Source of the DNA: Candidatus Methanomethylophilaceae archaeon | GTDB lineage: Archaea; Thermoplasmatota; Thermoplasmata; Methanomassiliicoccales; Methanomethylophilaceae | Direction: 5' to 3' | DNA length: 64,000 nucleotides | Assembly: GCA_050950505.1 (NCBI GenBank) | Contig: JBMNHS010000001.1 | Location: forward strand, 1,088,001-1,152,000 | Shown: positions 9,163 to 18,021 of the stretch, one piece after another | How positions within the stretch are numbered: position 1 is the stretch's first letter | Layout of the letters: each line of letters starts with the position of its first letter | Made by a program: the position numbers and the translations under genes | The notes under the pieces: generated by a model | Told to the model about the DNA's origin: nothing | The model's database searches: none | Seen by the model: the letters and a program-made list of their open reading frames with translations, nothing else

Positions 9163-10578
9163 CTGGCCGAGGATTGGGCATCCAAATACCGTCCCTCAAC
9201 CCTCAACGACGTTCTCGGAAACCCCGGCGCCGTGGAAAGTCTGAAAAAATGGGCGGTTTCCTGGGATTCGGGAATTCCTGACAAAAGAGCCGTCATTCTG
9301 ATAGGTTCTCCGGGAATCGGAAAAACCTCCGCGGCATTGGCATTGGCTTCCGACATGGGTTGGAGCGTGGTGGAAATGAACGCTTCCGATCAAAGAACCG
9401 GACATGCCATTGAAGACGTCGCGGTCAGAGGCGCGATGTTCAACACGTTTTCCGGTACGGGAGAGTATCTGAAATCTTCCGAGGGCGGAAGAAAATTGAT
9501 CATTCTCGATGAAGCGGACAATCTCTTCGGACGGCAGGACCGAGGCGCGATTCCCGCCATAGTGAAACTTATCACGGAAACCAAACAGCCCGTCATACTC
9601 ATAGTGAATGACTTTTATGAACTGAGCCGGAGAAGTTCCACGATAAAGAACCGGACTTTGCAGATTGAATTCAGACGGCCTCAGATCAACACCGTCATAA
9701 AAACCCTGTCGAAAATCGCAAAAACCGAAGGGGTGGAGATAAAACCCGAAGCGTTGAGGTCGATAGCAGACAATGCCGCCGGGGACCTGCGGGCCGCGGT
9801 CAGCGACCTTCAGTCCATCGCCCAGGGAAAAACGAAAGTCACCGGGGATGTGTCTGAAATGCTGTCCGAAAGAGACGGCAGAAGCTCCATGTTTGATTTC
9901 GTCCACGCCGTGTTCAGAAAAAACGATCCGGGTAACGCCAGAGCCGTTCTTCATGAAACCGATTCCGACCCGGACACGGCATTGTTGTGGGTTGACGAGA
10001 ATCTTCCGTACGAATACCTGGACAAAGGAGATTTGGTAAGAGGGTACGAACGGCTCAGCCGCGCCGATATTTACCTGGGAAGGATTCACAGAAGACAGCA
10101 TTACAGATTTTGGGCTTATGCCAACGACATGCTTTCCTTCGGTGTCGCTTCCGCCAAACGTTCCAATCTGTCCGGAGGGGGACGGTTGCGTTTCCCTCAA
10201 TACCTTACAAAAATGTCCAGAAGCAGATCCGTGCGGGGCATGAAGAAAGAGATAACCCTCAAACTTGCGGTTTATCTGCACACATCCACCAAAAGGATAG
10301 AACTGGACGTTCTTCCGTACATCAGAATAATTGCGGCCAACGATGAAAAATTCAGGGTGATGCTGGTCAGAAACATCGATTTGGAGCAGGAAGAACTCGC
10401 ATTTATTCTCGGTGAAAAGACGGATGCCCCCGTTGTGGTCAAAACAATGAAAACGGCATATCCTGAAGTTGCCGGGGGGTCGAAACCGATTCCCGGAAAG
10501 AAAGAAATACCCGTCGAAACCGTGACCGTCGAAAAGCCGGTGCCGAAGGAAAATCAAAAAAGTCTGTTAGATTTCTGA
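9163..10578 (+). CDS. rfcL: Replication factor C large subunit (probable CTG start)
   Basis: In-frame extension upstream of 9232 gives AEDWASKYRP; GSPGIGKT, EMNASD and LDEAD motifs; C-terminal PIP box QKSLLDF. Confidence 0.93.
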   Translation: MAEDWASKYRPSTLNDVLGNPGAVESLKKWAVSWDSGIPDKRAVILIGSPGIGKTSAALALASDMGWSVVEMNASDQRTGHAIEDVAVRGAMFNTFSGTGEYLKSSEGGRKLIILDEADNLFGRQDRGAIPAIVKLITETKQPVILIVNDFYELSRRSSTIKNRTLQIEFRRPQINTVIKTLSKIAKTEGVEIKPEALRSIADNAAGDLRAAVSDLQSIAQGKTKVTGDVSEMLSERDGRSSMFDFVHAVFRKNDPGNARAVLHETDSDPDTALLWVDENLPYEYLDKGDLVRGYERLSRADIYLGRIHRRQHYRFWAYANDMLSFGVASAKRSNLSGGGRLRFPQYLTKMSRSRSVRGMKKEITLKLAVYLHTSTKRIELDVLPYIRIIAANDEKFRVMLVRNIDLEQEELAFILGEKTDAPVVVKTMKTAYPEVAGGSKPIPGKKEIPVETVTVEKPVPKENQKSLLDF

Positions 10579-10588
10579 GGTTTGAAAT

Positions 10589-11536
10589 ATGGATCCGGAT
10601 TACAAAGCACTGCTTGAAAAACAACAGTACCGCATCTGCGGAGACCATGCCGCCGTCAAACTTTGTCATTGGCTCAAAGAGTCCATAACCGGCAGACGGA
10701 ACTGTTACAAACAGGATTTTTACGGCATAACGAGTCACAGATGCCTTCAGATGACTCCTGCAATCAATGAATGCAGTCACCAGTGTTCTTTCTGCTGGAG
10801 GGTTCAGGAGCACGATTACGAAGTGACCGATTGGATGGAACCCGCCGAAATGCTCGATTGTCTCATAGAACGTCAACGGGAGCTCATAACGGGATACAAG
10901 GGAGATTCCAGAGTTACCTCCGAAGCTTTCGAAGAAGCCGGCAATCCCGATCAGATTGCCGTTTCATTGGCCGGGGAACCAATAACCTACCCTTATCTCT
11001 CGGACCTGTTCAAAGAATGTCACCGGAGGGGAATGACGACGTTTCTCGTGACCAACGGCACATACCCGGAAAGACTGGAAGCTCTGGACGAATTGCCCTG
11101 CCAACTCTACGTGACCGTCGCCGCACCGGATGAGGAAACCTACCGCAAAATATGCCGGCCGAAAATAAACGACGGATGGGAACGCATCATGGAAACATTG
11201 GATCTGATGCCGTCCCTTGACACCAGAACCGTGATAAGACACACTTTGGTGGACGGTCTGAACCTGCATGATGTCGAAGGGTACGCCGCGTTGGACAACC
11301 GGGCGGAACCGGATCTGATAGAACCCAAGGGATACGTGTTCGTCGGAGGTTCCAGACAGCGTTTGTCCATGTCCAACATGCCGTCTTTCGACAAAATCAG
11401 GGAATTCTCAGCAGAACTGGGAGAACTGACCGATATGAAAATCCTCATGGAAAAAGCCGACAGCAGAGTTCTGTTGTTGGGTCCCGAAGGGATAGACACC
11501 GACGTCAGAAGAGTGAACGCTCACCGCTTCAAGTGA
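10589..11536 (+). CDS. taw1: 4-demethylwyosine synthase (Taw1/TYW1 radical SAM)
   Basis: VKLCHW, CYKQDFYGITSHRCLQMTP and CxxxCxxC motifs. Confidence 0.92.
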   Translation: MDPDYKALLEKQQYRICGDHAAVKLCHWLKESITGRRNCYKQDFYGITSHRCLQMTPAINECSHQCSFCWRVQEHDYEVTDWMEPAEMLDCLIERQRELITGYKGDSRVTSEAFEEAGNPDQIAVSLAGEPITYPYLSDLFKECHRRGMTTFLVTNGTYPERLEALDELPCQLYVTVAAPDEETYRKICRPKINDGWERIMETLDLMPSLDTRTVIRHTLVDGLNLHDVEGYAALDNRAEPDLIEPKGYVFVGGSRQRLSMSNMPSFDKIREFSAELGELTDMKILMEKADSRVLLLGPEGIDTDVRRVNAHRFK

Positions 11537-11543
11537 GTCCGGT

Positions 11544-12347
11544 TCAGGATTTGTCGTTCATGACGTCGTCGTAAAGCGACATGACGTACTGATTGAAATA
11601 CATGTTTTCGGCCTTGGCCAGAGCTCGGATTATATCCGTGGTTCCGGAACCGTATTGGGAGGATTTCTTCTTTCTGCCGGCTATTGTGTCGAAGCCCAGA
11701 TCCGCCGCGATTTCTTTCAGGACGGTTTTACGGGAATCCATATCCTTGGGCCGGAGTTCGGAAGGGTCGATCTGATTCAGTTCCGCCAACACTCCCGTGT
11801 TCAGATACGGATACACTATCTCCTGTCCGAAATGGGAAACGATTTTTTTTTCGCAGGGAACCGACACGTTCAGCAATCTGTCGACTCCGTCCCGGACAAG
11901 AAGGGAATATTCGGGATCCGGGCAGTCAACGTATTTGGCGCATCCGATGAAGAATTCGTCACAGCCCTGCCCGGAAAGAATGGTTTTCTCTTTTGCGGTT
12001 CTGCATACGGAATAGAGTTGAAGTTCGTAGGTAATCGTGAACGGATCCGATATTTCGAAATATTCGATCATTTCCCGTATCAGGGATTCCACGTTGTCTT
12101 CGGATATTTTGACGTGAATCCACGGCAAACCGAGCTCTTCGGCAAGTTCTTCGGCCATAAGAGTGTCATAAGACGTGTCGGTTCCGCAGGTGTACAGCGT
12201 AACCGAATCCGCGCAATCCCCGGCCAAAGCCGAAACAAGACCGGAATCCAATCCTCCGGAGAAGGCAACGCCCACATCTTTGCCTTCACATCCGTCCTTG
12301 ACGGCTTTGATGATGGAATCCCGCAGTTTACCGTATCTGAATGTCAT
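11544..12347 (-). CDS. Asparagine synthase C-terminal-domain protein (PP-loop)
   Basis: FSGGLDS, SGQGCDE and KKKSSQYGSG motifs; no glutaminase domain. Confidence 0.8.
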   Translation of the reverse strand: MTFRYGKLRDSIIKAVKDGCEGKDVGVAFSGGLDSGLVSALAGDCADSVTLYTCGTDTSYDTLMAEELAEELGLPWIHVKISEDNVESLIREMIEYFEISDPFTITYELQLYSVCRTAKEKTILSGQGCDEFFIGCAKYVDCPDPEYSLLVRDGVDRLLNVSVPCEKKIVSHFGQEIVYPYLNTGVLAELNQIDPSELRPKDMDSRKTVLKEIAADLGFDTIAGRKKKSSQYGSGTTDIIRALAKAENMYFNQYVMSLYDDVMNDKS

Positions 12348-12396
12348 TTGCAGAATACCTTTATCCCGAAGGGCTGATAAATCTTGGGTTTGAAAT

Positions 12397-12765
12397 TCAC
12401 TGTTTCTCTTCGACGAACTGAACCGTGACCCCGTTAGGGTCGGAAACCATGAAGAAACTCAGACCCGGCGAGGGGGACACGGGACCGGATACAATCGGTA
12501 TTTTGTTCATCTTAATTTTTTCAAGCATGCCTTCAAGGGAATCCACTCTCAGGCCGACGGAAATGCCTTTGGTGTTTTTTACGGTTGCATAACCCTTCCG
12601 GCATAACAGTTCAACCTTCGCGGATTCGGGATCGCCCAGCATCGCAATGTCGGTGTTTTCGTCGGGACTGAATCTCGAATCTATTTTCAATCCCGCAATT
12701 TCCGTATAGAATTTCAGAGATTCTTCCATTTTTTCGGTTGTTATTGTAATCCAGCACAGACTCAT
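12397..12765 (-). CDS. VOC/glyoxalase family protein
   Basis: SLKFYTEIAG and DPNGVTVQF motifs. Confidence 0.85.
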   Translation of the reverse strand: MSLCWITITTEKMEESLKFYTEIAGLKIDSRFSPDENTDIAMLGDPESAKVELLCRKGYATVKNTKGISVGLRVDSLEGMLEKIKMNKIPIVSGPVSPSPGLSFFMVSDPNGVTVQFVEEKQ

Positions 12766-12827
12766 GGCATGATATCACGTAGTCTTTACATAATCGTAAT
12801 GTACGGTAAAAACAAAATCGGTTTGAT

Positions 12828-12844
12828 GCGGGGCATTGCCCCGC
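12828..12844. terminator. GC hairpin downstream of the flavoprotein gene
   Basis: GCGGGGC-ATT-GCCCCGC; T-rich tract downstream on the minus strand. Confidence 0.45.
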
Positions 12845-12854
12845 TTAAATGTTT

Positions 12855-13403
12855 TCAGAACTTCTTTCCGAGTTCTTTTGCCTGATTGAGGATGTCCCGA
12901 TCCTTGGATGCGGCGTCTTTGTCGCCCGAATCCTTGAACACTATGGAACCCACCGGCCCGGCGGAGAAGTATTTCTGGAAAACGAAGTTCATGTGGTCCG
13001 CTTCCTTCTGGGCGTCTTCGGTGTCAGCGCCGCAGGTGACCACGGCAACGACCTTCTTACCGGCGGGAATGTTGCTTCCGTTGGGTCCGATTGCGGAGTA
13101 AAGACGGTCTTCGAAAACACGGTACTGTGCGCAGGTCTGTCCGAAATACAAGGGCGCCGTGAGAATTACGCCGTCACAGTCCCTGATGTCATCGATAAGT
13201 GCGGAAATACCGTCTTTCTGGATGCATCTGTCGTGAATTTTACAGTAATTGCAGGCCTCACAGGGTTTCATTTCCATATCTTTCATATGGACGAATCTTA
13301 CTTTTTTTCCGTTCTCTTCAGCGCCTTCGGCGATGGATCTTGCTATGGTTTCAGAATTGCAGCCGGTTCTGGGGCTGCTTATAATTGCGATAATTTCTGA
13401 CAT
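12855..13403 (-). CDS. Iron-sulfur flavoprotein / flavodoxin-fold FMN reductase
   Basis: SSPRTGCNS, CEACNYC...C and APLYFG motifs. Confidence 0.85.
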   Translation of the reverse strand: MSEIIAIISSPRTGCNSETIARSIAEGAEENGKKVRFVHMKDMEMKPCEACNYCKIHDRCIQKDGISALIDDIRDCDGVILTAPLYFGQTCAQYRVFEDRLYSAIGPNGSNIPAGKKVVAVVTCGADTEDAQKEADHMNFVFQKYFSAGPVGSIVFKDSGDKDAASKDRDILNQAKELGKKF

Positions 13404-13478
13404 ATATATCCCCGGGCTCTCGCCCAAACATATTATGAGGCGTATGATTTAATATCCTTTTGATATCTGTTTCATATT

Positions 13479-13826
13479 ATGAAAGACTCTGTCCGTTTCA
13501 ATTGTGCCGTGGACGGAGTCATGTCCGTCATCGGAGGAAAGTGGAAAACAACCATACTTTGTCTGTTGTCTCAGAAGGAAAGACTCAGATTTTCCCAATT
13601 GAAAAGAAGCATTCCGCCGATTTCCCCGAGGGTGTTGAGCAAACAGCTGAAAGAACTGGCGGAGGACGGCATAATAATGAGGGTAGAGGTGAAGGACAGC
13701 TCCTATCACGTTGAGTATTCCCTGACGGAGAAAGGGAAATCCCTCCGGCCGGTATTGGAATGCATGGCAGGTTGGGGATTGAAAAATCTGATGAATCCCG
13801 TCATAGAAATCGATGAAGAGCCGTGA
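13479..13826 (+). CDS. HxlR-family winged-helix regulator, divergent from the flavoprotein gene
   Basis: IGGKWK...LRFSQL...LKEL...VEYSLTEKG. Confidence 0.9.
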   Translation: MKDSVRFNCAVDGVMSVIGGKWKTTILCLLSQKERLRFSQLKRSIPPISPRVLSKQLKELAEDGIIMRVEVKDSSYHVEYSLTEKGKSLRPVLECMAGWGLKNLMNPVIEIDEEP

Positions 13827-13885
13827 TTTTTGATTCTGTGCCGTAATCTGTTTTAATATCTGCATTTGAATACGGGACTGATAAG

Positions 13886-14821
13886 ATGAGTTACAGGGTC
13901 GATATCATAAGCACCGAAAGGGTGCGCGAACTCAAAGAAAGATATTCCGACAGGAATTTTTACACATCCAAAGCGGACATCGGAGGCATCTGCTTCCAAC
14001 TGTACACGGAAAACAGAAAATACATAGAAATGTGGACCGAGAACTTCTATTCCATGGGCGACAGGGTACATTCCCATGCCAGAGCCTACGAAGTATCGGA
14101 TCCCGACGAGGAACCCCATGTGGATTACGACCCTCTGTCCGCCACGGCTTTCATCTACAATTTTGATTATTACGGATGGGTCAAGAGCATAGCGCTGGGA
14201 GTGACCGGAAACCTTCTTGAAGACGTTCACGACATCTATTCCATACACGGCGCCGCCATAGACATCGACGGCTCCGGAGTGACTCTGATCGCGCCCTCCA
14301 AAACCGGAAAAACCACCCAGTCCTGGGGATTGCTGAGAATGCCCAACGCCCATCTGATTTCCGATGATTGGTATTTCGTCGTTCTAGGAAAAGGAAGGCC
14401 GGCCGCATTGGCCTCGGAGAAGAACTGTTACATCGATGCGGACATCGGCGACGTTTGGGAAGAATACAGGCCTCTTGTCGCATGTACCGAATTCGACAAC
14501 AAAGGAAGATGTGTGGCCAACATCAGGTGGATTCACGGAAACTCCGCGGTGATGCCCTCGACTTCCATCAGAACAATCATATTCCTGAAACGCGACCCCG
14601 AAGATCCGCGTTTCGAAGTCGAACTCAACACCGAGGAAGCCATCGAATATATGCTGGAAAACGATTTCTGCAATCCTCATCAGATGGTCTGCAACGAGTA
14701 CAAGAGAAACCTCAGAGTCGGTTTCCTGAGGGAATATTTCGACAAGTGCAAAATATTCCTGATAAACACCACCACGCCCGCGGAAGAAACTCAGGAAAGA
14801 ATCCGCGAACTCATAAAGTGA
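13886..14821 (+). CDS. HPr kinase/PEPCK-like P-loop protein
   Basis: HGAAI...APSKTGKTT...ISDD pattern. Confidence 0.65.
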   Translation: MSYRVDIISTERVRELKERYSDRNFYTSKADIGGICFQLYTENRKYIEMWTENFYSMGDRVHSHARAYEVSDPDEEPHVDYDPLSATAFIYNFDYYGWVKSIALGVTGNLLEDVHDIYSIHGAAIDIDGSGVTLIAPSKTGKTTQSWGLLRMPNAHLISDDWYFVVLGKGRPAALASEKNCYIDADIGDVWEEYRPLVACTEFDNKGRCVANIRWIHGNSAVMPSTSIRTIIFLKRDPEDPRFEVELNTEEAIEYMLENDFCNPHQMVCNEYKRNLRVGFLREYFDKCKIFLINTTTPAEETQERIRELIK

Positions 14822-15518
14822 TTCCGTTACGGAGTTTCACCGGAATTCTTTCGGCAAGCTCCATGGAATCTTCGGTCACCCTGCAGGTGTATGCGACAAC
14901 GTCCACACCTGCTTCGACCGCTTCTTCCACGGCGACGGCGAATTCTTCGTGCATGTCGTAATTCGGCATGAAATAATCCGCCCGGTCCATCTGCACGACG
15001 AACACCGCCGATGCTTTGAATCCCTGATCTATCAGCGACGCAAGGCCTTTGAGATGCTTTACCCCCCGTCCCGTGGGAGCGTCGGGAAACAGCGTGACGC
15101 CGTCATCTTCCAAAGTCACGCCTTTGACTTCGGTGTATATCTTTTCCCCGTCCTTCTCCACAAGAAAATCGAATCTGGAGTCTCCGCAGGTCGCTTCCGG
15201 CTTAACCGTGACGGGCACGTCGTAAATCCTGCCGTCGTTCAGCGCTTCGCCGTAAACTTTGTTGGGAGCCTGGGAATCTATGTTTATGAGAAGATCTCCT
15301 TTGTAAGCGGCGACGAGATCGAAAGCGGTTTTTCTGTCCGGGTTGTCCGAATGGGCCAGAACGGCTTTCGCGCCCGGTACGAGTATTTCTTTGCAACGGC
15401 CGGTGTTTTTCACGTGTGCCGTCACGGTTTCACCGTTCAGGTCGGCTTTCGCTATGAATCTGTTCGGTCTTTCCAAAAACGTGGCTTCCGACACTTTCGT
15501 ATATCTCATTTCAGCCAA
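14811..15518 (-). CDS. sfsA: Sugar fermentation stimulation protein (nuclease fold)
   Basis: RPNRF, HVKNTGRC, SRFDF, EVKGVTL and FPDAPT motifs. Confidence 0.93.
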   Translation of the reverse strand: MAEMRYTKVSEATFLERPNRFIAKADLNGETVTAHVKNTGRCKEILVPGAKAVLAHSDNPDRKTAFDLVAAYKGDLLINIDSQAPNKVYGEALNDGRIYDVPVTVKPEATCGDSRFDFLVEKDGEKIYTEVKGVTLEDDGVTLFPDAPTGRGVKHLKGLASLIDQGFKASAVFVVQMDRADYFMPNYDMHEEFAVAVEEAVEAGVDVVAYTCRVTEDSMELAERIPVKLRNGITL

Positions 15519-16075
15519 CTCAATATTTTCAGATCGTTTCTCGGTGTGACGGGATTTTCCTCGGCGGGAACGCCGAGAGCCAAGGCGGTTATGTATGTGT
15601 AATCGCCGGGAACGTTCAGGTCGGCCCTGAAACTGCTGTCACGGCCCAAACCCTGAGCGAATCCTATGAAACAGGTACCGTAACCCATGGAATGTGCGGC
15701 AAGAGTGATGTTCTGTGCGGCTATGGCCCCGTCTTCAACGGGTTTGACCCCTTCGGGGGATGAGAATATGAATATCTGCACGGGGGAATTGAAAAAAACA
15801 TTGTAATTCTCGTCGGAAAGTATTCTGATGAGCTTTTCGCTGGGCTCGCTCTTCATTCCTTCCCCTTCAATTCTGAGTGTTTTTGCCCGATCGGAATATT
15901 CTTTCGCTTTATCCCGATTTTTGACAACGGCAAAGGCCAACGCCTGTTTGTTCATGGCGTTCGGACCGCGGAACCCGAGATTGAGAAGCTTCATAATCAC
16001 CTCATCGGGAATCTCCTCGTCTTTGTAATTCCTGACGGAGGTACGGGTGTTTATACACTCAATGACCTGATTCAT
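15506..16075 (-). CDS. Nitroreductase family protein
   Basis: RTSVRNY, PNAMNKQ and AAHSMGYGTC motifs. Confidence 0.9.
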   Translation of the reverse strand: MNQVIECINTRTSVRNYKDEEIPDEVIMKLLNLGFRGPNAMNKQALAFAVVKNRDKAKEYSDRAKTLRIEGEGMKSEPSEKLIRILSDENYNVFFNSPVQIFIFSSPEGVKPVEDGAIAAQNITLAAHSMGYGTCFIGFAQGLGRDSSFRADLNVPGDYTYITALALGVPAEENPVTPRNDLKILSWLK

Positions 16076-16158
16076 GATTCCGTATTGTGACTTTATGTTA
16101 ATACTGATTGTCATGGTTGGCGGCAATGTTTACGAAACATCGCATACCGCCGTTGTGA

Positions 16159-16788
16159 TCAACCGATTTGATTTTTGATCAAGGCGTACCCTCTTTCATA
16201 TTTGCTGTCGGTGACCGGAGTCATTCCGAAGGAAGATTTCAAAGTCGAAATGAAATTTCTCAGGTCTTCCGAATATTCTATGACGCCTCTCATGGATTCG
16301 ATTTCCACTTCCGCAAATGATTGGACTTCGGCACCGTCGGAGGGATTTATGAATTTGCAGTTGTCTATGCATACGGTGTAATACAACTCGGTGCTCAACA
16401 TCCATCTGTGGGTTTCAAGGGTGAGGACATGGAGTATTTCCCCATCATAATCCGGGAAGACCTGATTGACGACGTTTCGAATGGCTTCTTCGTTGGAATC
16501 CACAATCGATCCTTCGTATTCGTTTCTTGTCAGAATTCCGTCCTCGTCGGAAATGAAGGTTTTGAAGGTAAATCTGCGTTTCCCGTCATTGAATTCCCTG
16601 ACCCTCAATGAACCCGAAGTGGAATAAAGTATTCCGTCGGGAGTGTCGTAATAAAAATCGGTGTAATGTTCCGAAATGAAAACTTTGCTGCCGAAAATGA
16701 AGGGGTTCGATAACGTATTTGACATTATACCGGCGGAATCCCCGTCAACCAAGGTCAGTTTTATTTCACGTTCGATTTCTGATTCCAT
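16159..16788 (-). CDS. CYTH domain protein
   Basis: EREIK, DFYYDT, LRVR, EVEIE and SKYERG motifs. Confidence 0.85.
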   Translation of the reverse strand: MESEIEREIKLTLVDGDSAGIMSNTLSNPFIFGSKVFISEHYTDFYYDTPDGILYSTSGSLRVREFNDGKRRFTFKTFISDEDGILTRNEYEGSIVDSNEEAIRNVVNQVFPDYDGEILHVLTLETHRWMLSTELYYTVCIDNCKFINPSDGAEVQSFAEVEIESMRGVIEYSEDLRNFISTLKSSFGMTPVTDSKYERGYALIKNQIG

Positions 16789-16890
16789 AGACGCGAATGG
16801 GCTTTGATGGATATTTGTTTATCTTCGATATTGTGAATTTTATATCATCAGAAAGACAAATCATGCATAAATGCGGAGAGAGAAGGTTAA

Positions 16891-16978
16891 TGGCGCGGAG
16901 AGAGGGATTTGAACCCCCGAGGCAGAATGCCACCGGTTTTCAAGACCGGCGCCGTGGTCCGGGCTTAGCTATCTCCGC
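16891..16978 (-). tRNA. tRNA-Ser (anticodon TGA), CCA encoded
   Basis: GCGGAGA acceptor stem, CCGGT-CTTGAAA-ACCGG anticodon arm, long variable arm, GGTTCAAATCC T loop, discriminator G. Confidence 0.96.
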
Positions 16979-17056
16979 TTGGACGAATAATAAAGGATGC
17001 CATATTTAACCGACACTGCTGAGATGCCGTCCCCGGGGCAAATCGACAACCGCATC

Positions 17057-17995
17057 TCACTGTGCCGCGCCGTCATGCGACGCGTCGGTATGCGGCCATA
17101 TCCTGTCTCCGTAGCTCGTGAAAATGGAAAACCATACGGATTCCATAACCAGGGATATCGCTCCCGGAACGGCGGCTTCGGGCATCCCGGTAAGCAGTAC
17201 CATGCTCAGCGAAGTGGCCATCCCCGAATTTTTCCAAACGGAGAACAGCACATAGATCAAACCCATGTCGCGATTGACGCCTTTGTGTTTCAACAGATAT
17301 GTCAGCAAAAATCCCAAAACGAAGGTTCTGATTATGCAGACCAGGATGATCCAGAATATTATGTCCGCCTGCGACAGGATGTAATCCCGGTTGGAACCCA
17401 ACGCAAGGAAGAGAAGGGTTGCCATCATCGCGTTTATGAAAATCAGTCTCCCCTTCGCCGGCAGGCTGCGGTGTTTCAGAGCCTGTGACGCAATCAGGGG
17501 AATGCCGATGAACAGCAGAATGTATTTCAGAACTTCAAGAGGGCTTATCGCCGAACCGATGAGAACCCAACTTATCAGAGGCGTTACCGCCAATGCCGCA
17601 ACATATATCGCACCGGTCATCAGCACCGTGGCTTTCGTGTCTCCTTTAAAGTACAGAGAAGCCGAAACCACCGATACGGCGGACGGAACGGCCGCAAGCA
17701 TGACCCAGCCATACCATAAAGCGGAACTGATCGGTATGAAAAACGAACCGAACAGTATCGTGATTCCCGAATTGACGAGGAAACAGCAAACCAACCCCCA
17801 CATCATCGGTTTTCCGTATTCGGATAAATCACCCTTCACAAAGGACAGTCCTTTCAAAGAAACCGTCATCTGAACAATGAGGACGACTATCATGATTGTC
17901 GAAGCCTGATCTCCAACGGGACCCACGATAAGTCCGGCGATGAATCCGAAAGCTATCCAGATTCTCAGGTCGCCAAGAGCGTCAACAACCGCCAT
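17057..17995 (-). CDS. Bile acid:sodium symporter-like transporter
   Basis: About 10 TM segments; AVPSAVS and KNSGMA motifs. Confidence 0.7.
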   Translation of the reverse strand: MAVVDALGDLRIWIAFGFIAGLIVGPVGDQASTIMIVVLIVQMTVSLKGLSFVKGDLSEYGKPMMWGLVCCFLVNSGITILFGSFFIPISSALWYGWVMLAAVPSAVSVVSASLYFKGDTKATVLMTGAIYVAALAVTPLISWVLIGSAISPLEVLKYILLFIGIPLIASQALKHRSLPAKGRLIFINAMMATLLFLALGSNRDYILSQADIIFWIILVCIIRTFVLGFLLTYLLKHKGVNRDMGLIYVLFSVWKNSGMATSLSMVLLTGMPEAAVPGAISLVMESVWFSIFTSYGDRIWPHTDASHDGAAQ

Positions 17996-18021
17996 GTACG
18001 GCAGTCAAGTTCACCGAGGAT

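Noticed and set aside
16873-16904. 10-bp repeat GCGGAGAGAG of the tRNA-Ser 3' end as an att site
   Set aside because: Only 12 bp separate the copies, there is no integrase and no distant copy was noticed.
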